From the NCBI GenBank assembly GCA_964626665.1, contig CAZVGK010000010.1, forward strand, positions 22,850 through 86,849: a stretch of DNA of 64,000 bases. The letters are read 5' to 3'. The notes beneath the pieces were generated by a model that worked only from the letters and a program-made list of their open reading frames with translations, did not search any database and was not told where the DNA came from. Both the position numbers and the translations under genes were made by a program. The stretch is from an uncultured Gemmatimonadota bacterium (GTDB lineage: Bacteria; SM23-81; DAOVCL01). Positions 30,593 to 40,366 of this stretch are shown piece by piece (the first letter of the stretch is position 1; every line of letters starts with the position of its first letter).

Positions 30593-31744
30593 CTAATCCA
30601 TCTGTTTTCTTAAGAAGGTAGGAACCTCCAGATCGTCGAGGCTGAATGAGCCGAAGGACTCCTTTTTTAACTCTTTCCCTTCCTGCGGGGGTTTTCTCCT
30701 TAAGAAGGTGGGCCTCTCTAAGTAGTTGAGCTTGGAGCTATGGAAATCCACTACCTTAGGCTCTGGTTTGGCAGGGAAGTGGGCCTGGTTCAAACCGGTG
30801 GCGATGACCGTTACCCTGACCTCCTCGGTGACATCCTCCTCAATGACGGCCCCAAATATTATGTTGGCCTCGGGGCCAGCCGCTTCATGAATGACCGAGG
30901 TGGCCTCGCTCACCTCATTTAGAGAGAGATCCAGGCCTCCGGTTATGTTTATAAGCAACCCTTTGGCCCCGGAGATGGAGGCCTCATCCAGGAGAGGGCA
31001 GGAGATGGCCGCCTGGGCTGCCTCCCTTGATCTTCCCTCCCCGCTGCCCGAGCCTGTTCCCATCAGGGCGTCCCCCATCTCGGCCATAACCATCTTTACA
31101 TCGGCAAAGTCAAGGTTAATCAGGCCAGGAACGGTGATCAAATCGGAGATCCCTTTGGTAGCCCGCAGGAGGACCTCATCGGCTAACTTGAAGGCATCCA
31201 AAAGGGAGGTCTCCTTGGATACCAAGGTGATCAACCTCTGATTAGGGATGACGATCAGGGTGTCTACCTTTTCCTTTAGCTCCTCAATCCCCCTCTCCGC
31301 CCTCTCCATTCTCTTCTTCCCCTCGAATTGGAACGGTTTGGTGACTACCCCTACCGTGAGGGAACCCAACTGTTTGGAGATTTCGGCGATAACCGGACTG
31401 GCCCCGGTTCCCGTTCCTCCCCCTATACCGGCGGTGATGAATACCATATCCGCCCCGGAGAGGGCTTCCTCCACCAGCTCCCGTTCCTCCTCGATGGCCT
31501 TCCTCCCTATCTCCGGATCTGAACCAGCCCCTAAGCCCTTGGTTAGCTTGGCCCCGAGTTGAATCCTATGCGGGGCCTTTGTCCTCTCCAAGACCTGGAG
31601 ATCTGTGTTTGCAGTGATGAATTCTACCCCTTGCAGATCGGAGTCTATCATCCTGTTTACGGCATTTCCTCCCGCTCCTCCTACCCCAATCACCTTCATC
31701 TTGGCTCCGCCGCTGCTTACTTCTTCATCAAATTGGAAATTCAT
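30593..31744 (-). CDS. ftsZ: Cell division protein FtsZ
   Basis: '[10 protein letters not shown]', 'GGGTGTG', 'NLDFADV', C-terminal 'LEVPTFLRK'. Confidence 0.99.
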   Translation of the reverse strand: MNFQFDEEVSSGGAKMKVIGVGGAGGNAVNRMIDSDLQGVEFITANTDLQVLERTKAPHRIQLGAKLTKGLGAGSDPEIGRKAIEEERELVEEALSGADMVFITAGIGGGTGTGASPVIAEISKQLGSLTVGVVTKPFQFEGKKRMERAERGIEELKEKVDTLIVIPNQRLITLVSKETSLLDAFKLADEVLLRATKGISDLITVPGLINLDFADVKMVMAEMGDALMGTGSGSGEGRSREAAQAAISCPLLDEASISGAKGLLINITGGLDLSLNEVSEATSVIHEAAGPEANIIFGAVIEEDVTEEVRVTVIATGLNQAHFPAKPEPKVVDFHSSKLNYLERPTFLRRKPPQEGKELKKESFGSFSLDDLEVPTFLRKQMD

Positions 31745-31935
31745 CTTTTCTTCTCCCCTCCTTTAAGATGTTTTGGCTTTCAATTTAAATATGTTATACT
31801 ATCGGTGTTGATCCCTTCACCAAGGATGGGATCTGTCTTCATCTGGTTTCTCACTCCAGAGCTGGGAGCGAGGAATCGCCTTCCCCTGGTTGTCTCCGGA
31901 TACTATTTTGTTAAACCTTGCTTAGGATCTTGAGC

Positions 31936-33171
31936 TCAGAAGAAGTCCTTAAACCAGCCCTTCATAACCTTCAGGATCTTTTCGAAGATACCGTTATTGG
32001 CCAGGGATAACTTTTTCTTTCCCTGAGGGGGTTGGAGGGCATATTTTATCAATCCCAGCCCGGTGGCATGGATGGGGCTGGAGACCAAATCGGTCAACCC
32101 TCCGGGAGTGATGGGGATCCCCACCTTTGCCGGCATATCAAAGACCTGTTCGGCCAGTTCGGCCATTCCCTCCATCATTGAGGCCCCTCCGGTGAGGACC
32201 ACCCCGGCAGCAAGGAGGTCAGCGAAATCGCTTCTTTTCATCTCCCTCAAGGCCATCATGAAAATCTCCTCCACCCGAGGCTCTATTATCTGGGCCAGGA
32301 TCCTCCTGGAGACCGGCCTTGGTTCCCTTCCCCCTACTCCGGGCACCTTTATCTGTTCATCTGGCTCCACCATTGAGGGAAGGGCACAGCCATAATTTAC
32401 CTTTATCCTCTCCGCCTCTTTTAGGGGGCTCCTCAGCCCTATGGCTATATCCTTGGTGATGTTCTCTCCTCCCCAGCCAACTACTGCCGTGTGCCTGATG
32501 CTGCCGTCATAGAACATAGCTATGTCCGTCGTGCCGCCGCCAATGTCCAGGAGGACAACTCCCAACTTCTTTTCGTCCGGGGTGAGAACTGTATAGCTGG
32601 AGGCCAGGGGCTGCAGGACTAAATCATTGACCTTCAGATCTGCCCTTCTTATGCTGCGGCAGATGTTCTGTGCGGAGGTTACCGCCCCGGTTACTATGTG
32701 CACCTCCACTTCTAATCTTACTCCCATCATCCCCACCGGGTCCTTTATCCCCGGTTGATCATCAACCCAGAACTCCAGGGGAAGGACATGGAGGACCTCC
32801 CTGTCCATAGGGATGGCCACCGCCTTGGCGGCCTCTATTACCCTATCCACATCCCTTTTAGTTACCTCCTTGTGGGGCTCGGAGATGGCGATGACCCCCT
32901 TGCTGTTCAGGCTCCTGATGTGATCTCCGGCAATTCCAGCATACACCGCACTTGCCTTGAGCCCAGCCATAAGCTCGGCATCCTGCACCGCCCTTTTAAT
33001 GGACTCTACAGTTTTCTCCAAATTGACCACCACCCCCTTCTTCAACCCCTCCGAAGGGGAGGTGCCCACCCCAATTACATTAAACTCCCCTTGCCCAAGA
33101 TCCTTGGCTATAATTGCTTCTACCTTTGTTGTTCCAATGTCCAGGCCGACAACCGTTTCCTCTTCTTCCAT
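31936..33171 (-). CDS. ftsA: Cell division protein FtsA
   Basis: 'GLDIGTTK', 'DIGGGTTD', 'VLTGG', C-terminal amphipathic 'WFKDFF'. Confidence 0.98.
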   Translation of the reverse strand: MEEEETVVGLDIGTTKVEAIIAKDLGQGEFNVIGVGTSPSEGLKKGVVVNLEKTVESIKRAVQDAELMAGLKASAVYAGIAGDHIRSLNSKGVIAISEPHKEVTKRDVDRVIEAAKAVAIPMDREVLHVLPLEFWVDDQPGIKDPVGMMGVRLEVEVHIVTGAVTSAQNICRSIRRADLKVNDLVLQPLASSYTVLTPDEKKLGVVLLDIGGGTTDIAMFYDGSIRHTAVVGWGGENITKDIAIGLRSPLKEAERIKVNYGCALPSMVEPDEQIKVPGVGGREPRPVSRRILAQIIEPRVEEIFMMALREMKRSDFADLLAAGVVLTGGASMMEGMAELAEQVFDMPAKVGIPITPGGLTDLVSSPIHATGLGLIKYALQPPQGKKKLSLANNGIFEKILKVMKGWFKDFF

Positions 33172-33861
33172 CTATAGTTTTCTCCCTTTGCTGACCACCG
33201 CCTGATCTCTAAACTGGAGATCTATGAACCCTGGGTTATCCCCAGCCTCCTTTAAAAGGGGTAAAAGTTCCCGCAGATGGGAGACCTTTTCCCTGAAGTT
33301 TCCTTCCCCAAATGCAACCTGGCATCCGTTCTGCAGCCAGAGGGTAATCCCCTTCTCCCACTTTATCTGGGAGACCATATCCAAGAGGGTGGGATCCTCC
33401 CTCTTCATCTGGAGGACAAGCTCCTCAGCGTATCTTTTCCCTATTTCATCCCCCCCGCTGAAGATGGGAAGATCAAGCGGAGAAGGGGGATCAACTATGA
33501 AACCATTCCCTTGCACCAAAAGGTTTCCCTCCCTGTTTACCAAGAAGAGAGGTTGTTTCTCCTCTATTCTGATCTCTATCAGGTGAGGGAGCCTCTTTAT
33601 CACCTTCGCCCCCTGCACGATGGGGTTGGCCTCCAACTCCTTTATAAGCTGGCAGCCATTAAACCTGAAGATGTTCACCCCTTTGGCTGGTTGGGCAAGC
33701 TGCAGGACCTCCTTCTGGTCTAAAAGTCTGTTCCCCTTCACCCTGATTCGCTCGATGCAAAAGTAGGGGGAACACCAGGCCCAATCCCTAAGCAGCCAAC
33801 CAAGAAGAAGGATGAAACCAAGGCTGAGAATGCCTTTTATCATTAATCCCCCTCTGCTCAT
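33172..33861 (-). CDS. ftsQ: Cell division protein FtsQ/DivIB
   Basis: TM helix, POTRA domain, 'IDLQFRDQAVV'; dcw position. Confidence 0.9.
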   Translation of the reverse strand: MSRGGLMIKGILSLGFILLLGWLLRDWAWCSPYFCIERIRVKGNRLLDQKEVLQLAQPAKGVNIFRFNGCQLIKELEANPIVQGAKVIKRLPHLIEIRIEEKQPLFLVNREGNLLVQGNGFIVDPPSPLDLPIFSGGDEIGKRYAEELVLQMKREDPTLLDMVSQIKWEKGITLWLQNGCQVAFGEGNFREKVSHLRELLPLLKEAGDNPGFIDLQFRDQAVVSKGRKL

Positions 33862-34757
33862 TCTTCCTCTCCCACGATCTCCACCTCCAACTCCAAGGTT
33901 ACCCCGAAGGCCCGGCTCACCTTCTCCTTGATCTGGTCAATAAGCCTGAGAACCTGAGAGGCGGTGGCCCCTCCCAAGTTTACGATGAAATTGGCATGGA
34001 TAGGGGAGACCATAGCTTCTCCCACCCTCATCCCCTTTCCTCCAGCCTTCTCGATGAGCTCCCCGGCCGGGGCTAAGGGTGGGTTCTTGAAGATGCAGCC
34101 AGCGCTTTTTTGGGAGAGGGGTTGGGTCCTGGCCTTGGTCTTTAGGTTCTTGGAGATTAACCTCTTGATCTCCTCCCTATTCCCTTTCTGTAATTTAAGC
34201 CAGACCTGGGTGATCAGGAACCCAGCAGGTAGGTGGGATGATCTGTAGCCAAAGCCGAGTCCACCCCCCTTCAATTCCCGCCACTTTTTGTTTAGGTTTA
34301 TCCCTCTGATTTTAAGCACCAGGTCTCCTATTCTTCCACCAAAGGCCCCGGCATTAGTCTTGATCATTCCCCCGATGCTTCCCGGGATGCCCGCGGCAAA
34401 TTCCATTCCACTGAGGCCTTGCTCGAGACAGTAGTCCAGGAGATCCTTTCCCCCTGTCCCGGCAACGACCTCTATCCCCTCTGGGGTAGGGTGGATACCC
34501 GTAAACCTGTCGGTTAACCTGATCACCACCCCGGGGAAACCCCCATCCTTCACTAAGAGGTTTGTCCCCTTTCCCAGCACCAGAACCTCTTTTCCCTCCT
34601 GGCGGACAAATTCAAGGATATTCTCCACATCCTCCTCATCGGCCGGTTCGATTAGGGTGTCTATCCACCCTCCCAGGCCGAAGGAAGTGTAGGAGGAGAG
34701 GGAGGCCCCGCTGATGATGCTTCCCCTTAATCGCTCGCTCAGTTCCCCTAATTCCAT
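33858..34757 (-). CDS. murB: UDP-N-acetylenolpyruvoylglucosamine reductase
   Basis: 'LGKGTNLLV', 'GIPGSIGG..TNAGA', 'SAGCIFKNP', 'HANFIVN'. Confidence 0.97.
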   Translation of the reverse strand: MELGELSERLRGSIISGASLSSYTSFGLGGWIDTLIEPADEEDVENILEFVRQEGKEVLVLGKGTNLLVKDGGFPGVVIRLTDRFTGIHPTPEGIEVVAGTGGKDLLDYCLEQGLSGMEFAAGIPGSIGGMIKTNAGAFGGRIGDLVLKIRGINLNKKWRELKGGGLGFGYRSSHLPAGFLITQVWLKLQKGNREEIKRLISKNLKTKARTQPLSQKSAGCIFKNPPLAPAGELIEKAGGKGMRVGEAMVSPIHANFIVNLGGATASQVLRLIDQIKEKVSRAFGVTLELEVEIVGEEE

Positions 34758-34844
34758 CGTTTACAGTGATAAATACTTGGACCGTCTATGCCTTGCTCCG
34801 TGCAGAGGGGGTAATACCTGACCCCTGCTCCCCGGAGGCTGATC

Positions 34845-36224
34845 TTACTTGAGCAACGTCAGAAGCTTCTCTCCCACAGTCCAGATGTCCCCGGCCCCCA
34901 TAGTGACGACCATATCCCCCTGGCGGACAAGTTTGCTGAGGAAAAGGGGGAGGTCCTCCTTCCGCGGGACCCAGTGGACGGCGGGATGGCCATATTCCTC
35001 TGCGGCCTGGGCCACCAACTCCCCGGACACCCCGGGGATCGGTTCCTCCCGGGCCGGATAGATCTCGGTGACCACCAGCAGGTCCGAGGAACTTAGAGCC
35101 TTCCCAAAGTGGCGGCAGAAGTCCCTGGTGCGGGTGTAGAGATGGGGTTGGAAAACAGCCACTATCCTCCTCTCCCATCCCGCTCTGGCTGCCTGCAGGG
35201 TGGCTTCTATCTCCGTGGGATGGTGGGCGTAGTCGTCAACTACCATTACCCCCTGGTTCTCCCCCTTGATCTCAAACCTGCGGTGCACCCCCCGAAATCC
35301 CTGCAGGGAGGAAGCTATCTGCGGGAAGGGGATCTCCAGCTCCAGGCCCAGGGTAATGGCAGCCAAGGCGTTCTTTACATTGTGTTCCCCGGGGACCTGT
35401 AGCTTCACCTCCCCCAAGGTCTCTTCCCCCCTGAGGACCACAAAGCGGCTCTCCGTCCCCTGGAAGCGGAGGCCATCCCCGCGGATGTCCGCCCCCTTCG
35501 TCAGGCCATAGGTGATGAGTTCCCTCTCCACCTGGGGGATGATGGCCTGGAGGCTGGGTTCATCCAGGCAGAGGATCACCGAACCATAGAAGGGGACCTT
35601 GTTGGCAAATTCCACGAAGGCGGATTTCAGATCACCCAAACTGGTGTAACAGTCCATATGTTCCGCCTCTAAGGTGGTGATGATGGCAATTGTAGGGATG
35701 AGCCTGAGGAAGGAGCGGTCGAACTCGTCGGCCTCAGCCACCAGGTAATTCCCCTTGCCTAAGAGAGCGTTCGTGCCCAAGGCTATCACCCTTCCCCCTA
35801 CCACGATGGTGGGATCGAAGCCCCCGCTGGTCATCACCTCACCGATCATCGAGGTGGTCGTTGTCTTGCCATGGGTGCCAGCGATGGCAATGCCAAACTT
35901 CATTCTCATCAGCTCCCCTAACATCTCCGCCCTTCTAATCAGGGGTATCCTTAGGGAGCGGGCTGCCGCCGCCTCGGGGTTTGACTCCTTGATGGCCGAG
36001 GAAATGACGACCACATCTGCCCCCTCTACATTCTGTCCCCGATGCTCATAGTCTATCTTTGCCCCTAAACGAGAGAGCCTCTGGGTAAGGGGGGAGGTCC
36101 TTAGGTCGGAACCCGTTACCTGGTATCCCATATCAAGCAGAATCTCGGCAATTCCGCTCATCCCAATCCCCCCGATTCCCACTAAGTGAAGCCTCTTAAC
36201 CTTTCTGAATGGCCTATTTAACAT
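34845..36224 (-). CDS. murC: UDP-N-acetylmuramate-L-alanine ligase
   Basis: 'GIGGIGMSG', 'GTHGKTTT', 'EADE', 'DDYAHHPTE', 'FQPH'. Confidence 0.98.
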   Translation of the reverse strand: MLNRPFRKVKRLHLVGIGGIGMSGIAEILLDMGYQVTGSDLRTSPLTQRLSRLGAKIDYEHRGQNVEGADVVVISSAIKESNPEAAAARSLRIPLIRRAEMLGELMRMKFGIAIAGTHGKTTTTSMIGEVMTSGGFDPTIVVGGRVIALGTNALLGKGNYLVAEADEFDRSFLRLIPTIAIITTLEAEHMDCYTSLGDLKSAFVEFANKVPFYGSVILCLDEPSLQAIIPQVERELITYGLTKGADIRGDGLRFQGTESRFVVLRGEETLGEVKLQVPGEHNVKNALAAITLGLELEIPFPQIASSLQGFRGVHRRFEIKGENQGVMVVDDYAHHPTEIEATLQAARAGWERRIVAVFQPHLYTRTRDFCRHFGKALSSSDLLVVTEIYPAREEPIPGVSGELVAQAAEEYGHPAVHWVPRKEDLPLFLSKLVRQGDMVVTMGAGDIWTVGEKLLTLLK

Positions 36225-37290
36225 GGGCCAACCTTATAATGGAGGTTGTGAGGGCCTCAGCGGCTTGGGGTTGGCCGAGCCGAGCTGAGGCGGTGGCCAT
36301 CCTTTGTAACCTCTCCCCATCCCGCAGAAGGGGGATGGCCGCAGCTATGAGGGATTTGCCGTTTAGGTCAGCATCGGCTATGACCAAAGCTGCTCCCCTC
36401 TGCTGGAAGGCTTGCGCATTCAACCTCTGATGGCCCCCGGTGGCAAAAGGATAGGGGATGAGAATTGAAGGCTTTCCCAGGAGGGTGAGCTCGGCGATGG
36501 TGGAGCCACCTGCCCTGCTGATCACCAGGTCCGCAGCGGAATAGACCAGGCCCATATCCTCAAAGAATGAGGCCACCTTTACCCCTGGTTGGGCCATTTT
36601 GCTCGCCCATTGCTGATCCCCTTTGCCCGTCTGCCAGATAAGATTTATTCCTTCCTGGAGAAGGGTTTTTAGGCCGTCCCTCAGGGCCAGGTTCAGGGAG
36701 TGGGCCCCCTGACTTCCCCCCAAAAGGAGGATTACCTTTCCCTTTTCCACCAAACCCAGCATCTTGCGAGCCGTGGCCTTCTCCCATCTCCGCAACCTGC
36801 GCACCGGGTTCCCCGGCACAGTAACCAGCTTCCCCCTCAAATAGGCCTTGGATGCGGGGAAGCTCAGGCAGACCTCCACAGCAAGAGGAGCCAGCAACCT
36901 GTTGGCCAATCCAGGTAAGAGGTTCTGCTCCTGGAGGAGGATGGGGATCCCCTTGGCTTTGGCTGCCAGGACAACGGGGAGACTAACATATCCGCCAGTC
37001 CCCACCACCACCTGGGGGTGGAACCTCCGAAAGAGGAGGAAGGACTCCCACACTCCCTTCGCCACGATAAGGGGAAGGATAAAGTTGGCCAAGGAGAAAC
37101 CTCTTTTAAAGCCCGCTGAGCTAATTTCCTCCACTGCAAACCCCTTTTCCCTTAAAATCTTGGCCTCCATTCCGCCCTTTCTTCCAGCGAAGAGGATCTT
37201 CACTCCCTTCTCCCGCAGCTTCTCTGCCAGGGCCAGGGCAGGGAAGAGGTGGCCACCTGTCCCCCCGGCGGCGATTATCGTCCTCACCAC
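36214..37290 (-). CDS. murG: Lipid II GlcNAc transferase
   Basis: 'GGTGGH', 'GTGGYVS', 'GGSQGA', 'SRAGG', 'HQRLNA'. Confidence 0.98.
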   Translation of the reverse strand: MVRTIIAAGGTGGHLFPALALAEKLREKGVKILFAGRKGGMEAKILREKGFAVEEISSAGFKRGFSLANFILPLIVAKGVWESFLLFRRFHPQVVVGTGGYVSLPVVLAAKAKGIPILLQEQNLLPGLANRLLAPLAVEVCLSFPASKAYLRGKLVTVPGNPVRRLRRWEKATARKMLGLVEKGKVILLLGGSQGAHSLNLALRDGLKTLLQEGINLIWQTGKGDQQWASKMAQPGVKVASFFEDMGLVYSAADLVISRAGGSTIAELTLLGKPSILIPYPFATGGHQRLNAQAFQQRGAALVIADADLNGKSLIAAAIPLLRDGERLQRMATASARLGQPQAAEALTTSIIRLAHVK

Positions 37291-37300
37291 GCCTCCCTGA

Positions 37301-37474
37301 GTAACAGCTCACCACGGAATCTCACGGAATGACACACCTCTTTTCTCTACCGTTAGAACTCCTCTCCTGACGGCTTGAAAATAGAAATTGGAAAATTGCA
37401 ATTCCCTCTGCCATCATCTGACGGCAGATCGATGTCCGAAGGCATCTCCTGCAACCCTCCCTGGTGAACTATTG
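37301..37474. mobile_element. MITE-like element between ftsW and murG
   Basis: Left end TAACAGCTCACCAC, right end GGTGAACTATTG (inverted); the right end contains the ftsW stop. Confidence 0.65.
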
Positions 37475-38581
37475 CTCCCCCTTAAACCGGGGGAACCCTC
37501 CCCTTCCTTCCCTTTTGGAAAGTTGCAGGAGGATCCCACTCCCCAACAGGTAGAAGAGGAGGGAGGAACCGCCATAGCTGATAAAGGGAAGGGGAAGACC
37601 CGTGGTAGGCAAGCGACCACAGGCTACCCCCACATTGAGAAGGAACCCCAGGCCGATCATGGCCAACAGCCCCAGCCCCAGGAATGAACCGTACAGATCT
37701 GGGGCCTGGAGGGAAGAACGTATCCCCCGCAACAGGAAGAAGAGAAAGAGGAGGAAAATGGTCACAATCCCCAAGAAGCCCAACTCCTCCCCCAGAGAGG
37801 AGAGGATAAAATCTGTGTGGGGTTGGGGAAGGAAGAAAAGCTTCTCCCTTCCCTCTCCTATCCCCGTCCCCAAGAGTCCACCAGAGCCCAGGGAGATGAG
37901 GGATTGATGTAGCTGATAGCCCAACTTTTTTGTGTCCTCCAAGGGGTGGAGAAATGCCCAGATCCTGTCTGTTCTGTAATGGACCTTCTGGATGAAGAAG
38001 AAGAGGATGGGTAGGGAGGAGAGGCCAATGAACAGAAGATGGCGCATCCTCACCCCACCCAAGAACAGCATTATCCCGGCCAGGCAGAGGATGACAAAGG
38101 CTGTGCTGAAATCCGGTTCTAAGGCCACAAGGACAAATGTTATACTTACCACTAGGAGGGGGGGGAGCAGTCCCCGGTTGAACTTCTTTATTACCTCCCT
38201 CTTTCTCTCCAGGAAATCTGCCAGGTAGAGGATAATGGAGAACTTAGCCAACTCAGAGGGTTGAAAGGAGATAAACCCCAACCTCAGCCACCTCCCTTTT
38301 TTGAGAATTATCATTAAGGCCAAGAGGGTGAAGCTAACCAACAGAAACCAAGGGGTGGGCTTCCTGAGCCAACGGTAGTCCAGGCGCAAGGTGAACATCA
38401 GGGCGCAGAGGCCGATAAATAGCTTGAAGATGTGACGCCGGAGGAAGTAAGTGGAGTCATAACCAAACCTCTTCTGTTGAGTGAGGGGGGAACTGGAACT
38501 GTAGACGACGATGGTCCCGATGGCCAAGAGCAGGGCCAAGGAGATAACCAATCCCAGATCAACTTTCCCCTCCTTGAACAT
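37469..38581 (-). CDS. ftsW: Peptidoglycan glycosyltransferase FtsW
   Basis: 'RW....SFQPSELAK', 'LEPDF', 'LPQPHTDFI', 'PTTGLPLPFISYGGS'. Confidence 0.97.
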   Translation of the reverse strand: MFKEGKVDLGLVISLALLLAIGTIVVYSSSSPLTQQKRFGYDSTYFLRRHIFKLFIGLCALMFTLRLDYRWLRKPTPWFLLVSFTLLALMIILKKGRWLRLGFISFQPSELAKFSIILYLADFLERKREVIKKFNRGLLPPLLVVSITFVLVALEPDFSTAFVILCLAGIMLFLGGVRMRHLLFIGLSSLPILFFFIQKVHYRTDRIWAFLHPLEDTKKLGYQLHQSLISLGSGGLLGTGIGEGREKLFFLPQPHTDFILSSLGEELGFLGIVTIFLLFLFFLLRGIRSSLQAPDLYGSFLGLGLLAMIGLGFLLNVGVACGRLPTTGLPLPFISYGGSSLLFYLLGSGILLQLSKREGRGGFPRFKGEQ

Positions 38582-38600
38582 TTAGGTCTCCTTACATTAT

Positions 38601-38929
38601 TAACAGTTCACCACGGAATCTCACGGAGAAAAGCAATTATGAATTGAGAATTAAGAATGAGGTTCATGCTGATCCCCGTTTTTCTGTACTATAATTTTGC
38701 AAGCCCTCATTTTTTTTAACAAAGTTTTTCAGGCTACCTTAAGTGGATAACTTCTACCGCACTTTAGTGCGGGTTCAGGGCCTTTAGACCCCTTGGGTTT
38801 GAGTCCAGTCAACGGGCTAAAGCCCTGTCAACCCTCGGCTAAAGCCGGGTAGAAGAACACTTGACGTTAAGTAGTTTTTTTCTGTCTATGAAATCCGTGT
38901 AATCCGTGGTTATCTGTGGTGAACTATTG
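38601..38929. mobile_element. MITE-like element between murD and ftsW with a nested CTTCTAC...GTAGAAG REP-like unit
   Basis: Ends TAACAGTTCACCACGGA / TCTGTGGTGAACTATTG; inner hairpin unit at 38751-38855. Confidence 0.7.
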
Positions 38930-40297
38930 GTTTAGTCTCACATCTTGAATTTGCAGCTTTCTTACCTCTTCCTTGAATACCCTTCCCCTCTCCTCGAAGT
39001 CCGTGAACATATCGTAACTAGCACAGGCAGGGGAGAGGAGAACGGTTTCCCCTGGTTTGGCCAGTTTGTAAGCAGCCTTTACCGCCTGGGAGAGTGTAGC
39101 CACTTTGGTGATCGGGGCCAGGCCTTGCCAGCTGGTGGCCAGCTTTTCCTGGGTTTCCCCTAAAAGAATTAGACCCCTCACCCTTTCCTTGATCAGCTCT
39201 CCCAAGCTGTGGAAGTCAGAGCCTTTGTCCCTTCCCCCGGCAATAAGGATAATGGAGGAAGGGAAGCTCAGGAGCGCATAGCGGGTGGCATCAACATTGG
39301 TCCCCTTGGAGTCGTTGATGAACCTCACCCCTCCAATGGTGTCCACCACCTCCAGCCTATGCTCCAGGCCTGGAAATGAGATTAGATGGGGAACGATCTT
39401 CTCCTTTTTTAGGCCCCAACCAAGGCAGGCGGCCACTGTGGCTAAGTAGTTGGAGAGGTTGTGCGGGCCGGGAAGGGGGAGCTCCCTGAGGCTAACAACC
39501 TTCTCCTGATGGCCGGAGAGCGAACTCACCACCCAGCCATCCTTCACCCCTACCTCTGAACCAATCCCCTCCTGCCGGGAGAAGGTAATCACTCTGGGTT
39601 TTAACCCCTTGCTGAGAGGGGAGACTAAGGGGTCATCCCGGTTGAGGATGGCCAGATCATCCTCCCCTTGCTGGGCGAATATCCTTTGCTTTGCTTGGGC
39701 ATACTCCGCAAAACTTGCGTATCTGTCCAAATGATCTGGGGTGATGTTCAGGAGGATGGCCAACTGAGGGGAGAAATCCCTTACGGTATCCAATTGAAAG
39801 CTGGATATCTCCGCCACTATGATCCCCTTCTCCGAGACCCCCCTCACCACCCCGGAGAGTGGCTGCCCAATGTTCCCAGCGACCTCTGCCTCATGGCCGG
39901 AGGATCTGAGGATGTGGCCCAAAAGCGATGTGGTGGTTGACTTTCCGTTGGATCCGGTAACCGCCCAGAGGGGGGCTCTGGCGAACCACCAGGCCACCTC
40001 CACCTCAGATAGGATTTCAATGTCCCTCCTGCGCGCTTCCTGTAGTAGTGGCAGGGAGAGAGGGACACCAGGGGAGAGAACGATGAGCTCCGTCCCTTTC
40101 AGGGCCCTTTCAGTATGTCCTTCAGTCTCCAGTTCAATTCCTTGCAACCTCTCGACGCCTGGGGGGGAATTTATGTCTGAGCCAAACACCTGGGCTCCGG
40201 TCTCCTTTAGAAGCCTGGCCACAGCCTGGCCACTGCGAGAAAGCCCCACTATGGTGACCCTTTTCCCTTTAAGTCCCTTTATCCTCTGGCCCTGCAA
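38924..40297 (-). CDS. murD: UDP-N-acetylmuramoyl-L-alanine-D-glutamate ligase
   Basis: 'VTGSNGKSTT', 'SSFQL', 'DHLDRY', 'NDSKGTN', 'LLSPACAS'; TTG start after AAGGAG. Confidence 0.98.
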   Translation of the reverse strand: MQGQRIKGLKGKRVTIVGLSRSGQAVARLLKETGAQVFGSDINSPPGVERLQGIELETEGHTERALKGTELIVLSPGVPLSLPLLQEARRRDIEILSEVEVAWWFARAPLWAVTGSNGKSTTTSLLGHILRSSGHEAEVAGNIGQPLSGVVRGVSEKGIIVAEISSFQLDTVRDFSPQLAILLNITPDHLDRYASFAEYAQAKQRIFAQQGEDDLAILNRDDPLVSPLSKGLKPRVITFSRQEGIGSEVGVKDGWVVSSLSGHQEKVVSLRELPLPGPHNLSNYLATVAACLGWGLKKEKIVPHLISFPGLEHRLEVVDTIGGVRFINDSKGTNVDATRYALLSFPSSIILIAGGRDKGSDFHSLGELIKERVRGLILLGETQEKLATSWQGLAPITKVATLSQAVKAAYKLAKPGETVLLSPACASYDMFTDFEERGRVFKEEVRKLQIQDVRLNQ

Positions 40298-40366
40298 CTT
40301 GCTCCTTGTGCTGGCAGGTTCCCTGCCCTAAAGGTGAATATGGAAATTCGGATTCTCCCACTGTCC

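Noticed and set aside
30001-30621. Several short ORFs between vorA and ftsZ, and similar ones at 19481, 50795, 53926 and 57571
   Set aside because: They overlap repeat elements or tRNAs, lack RBS and motifs, and are likely spurious.
33172-34757. Absence of ddl from the dcw cluster as a novelty
   Set aside because: ddl is often located elsewhere; this cannot be judged from one window.
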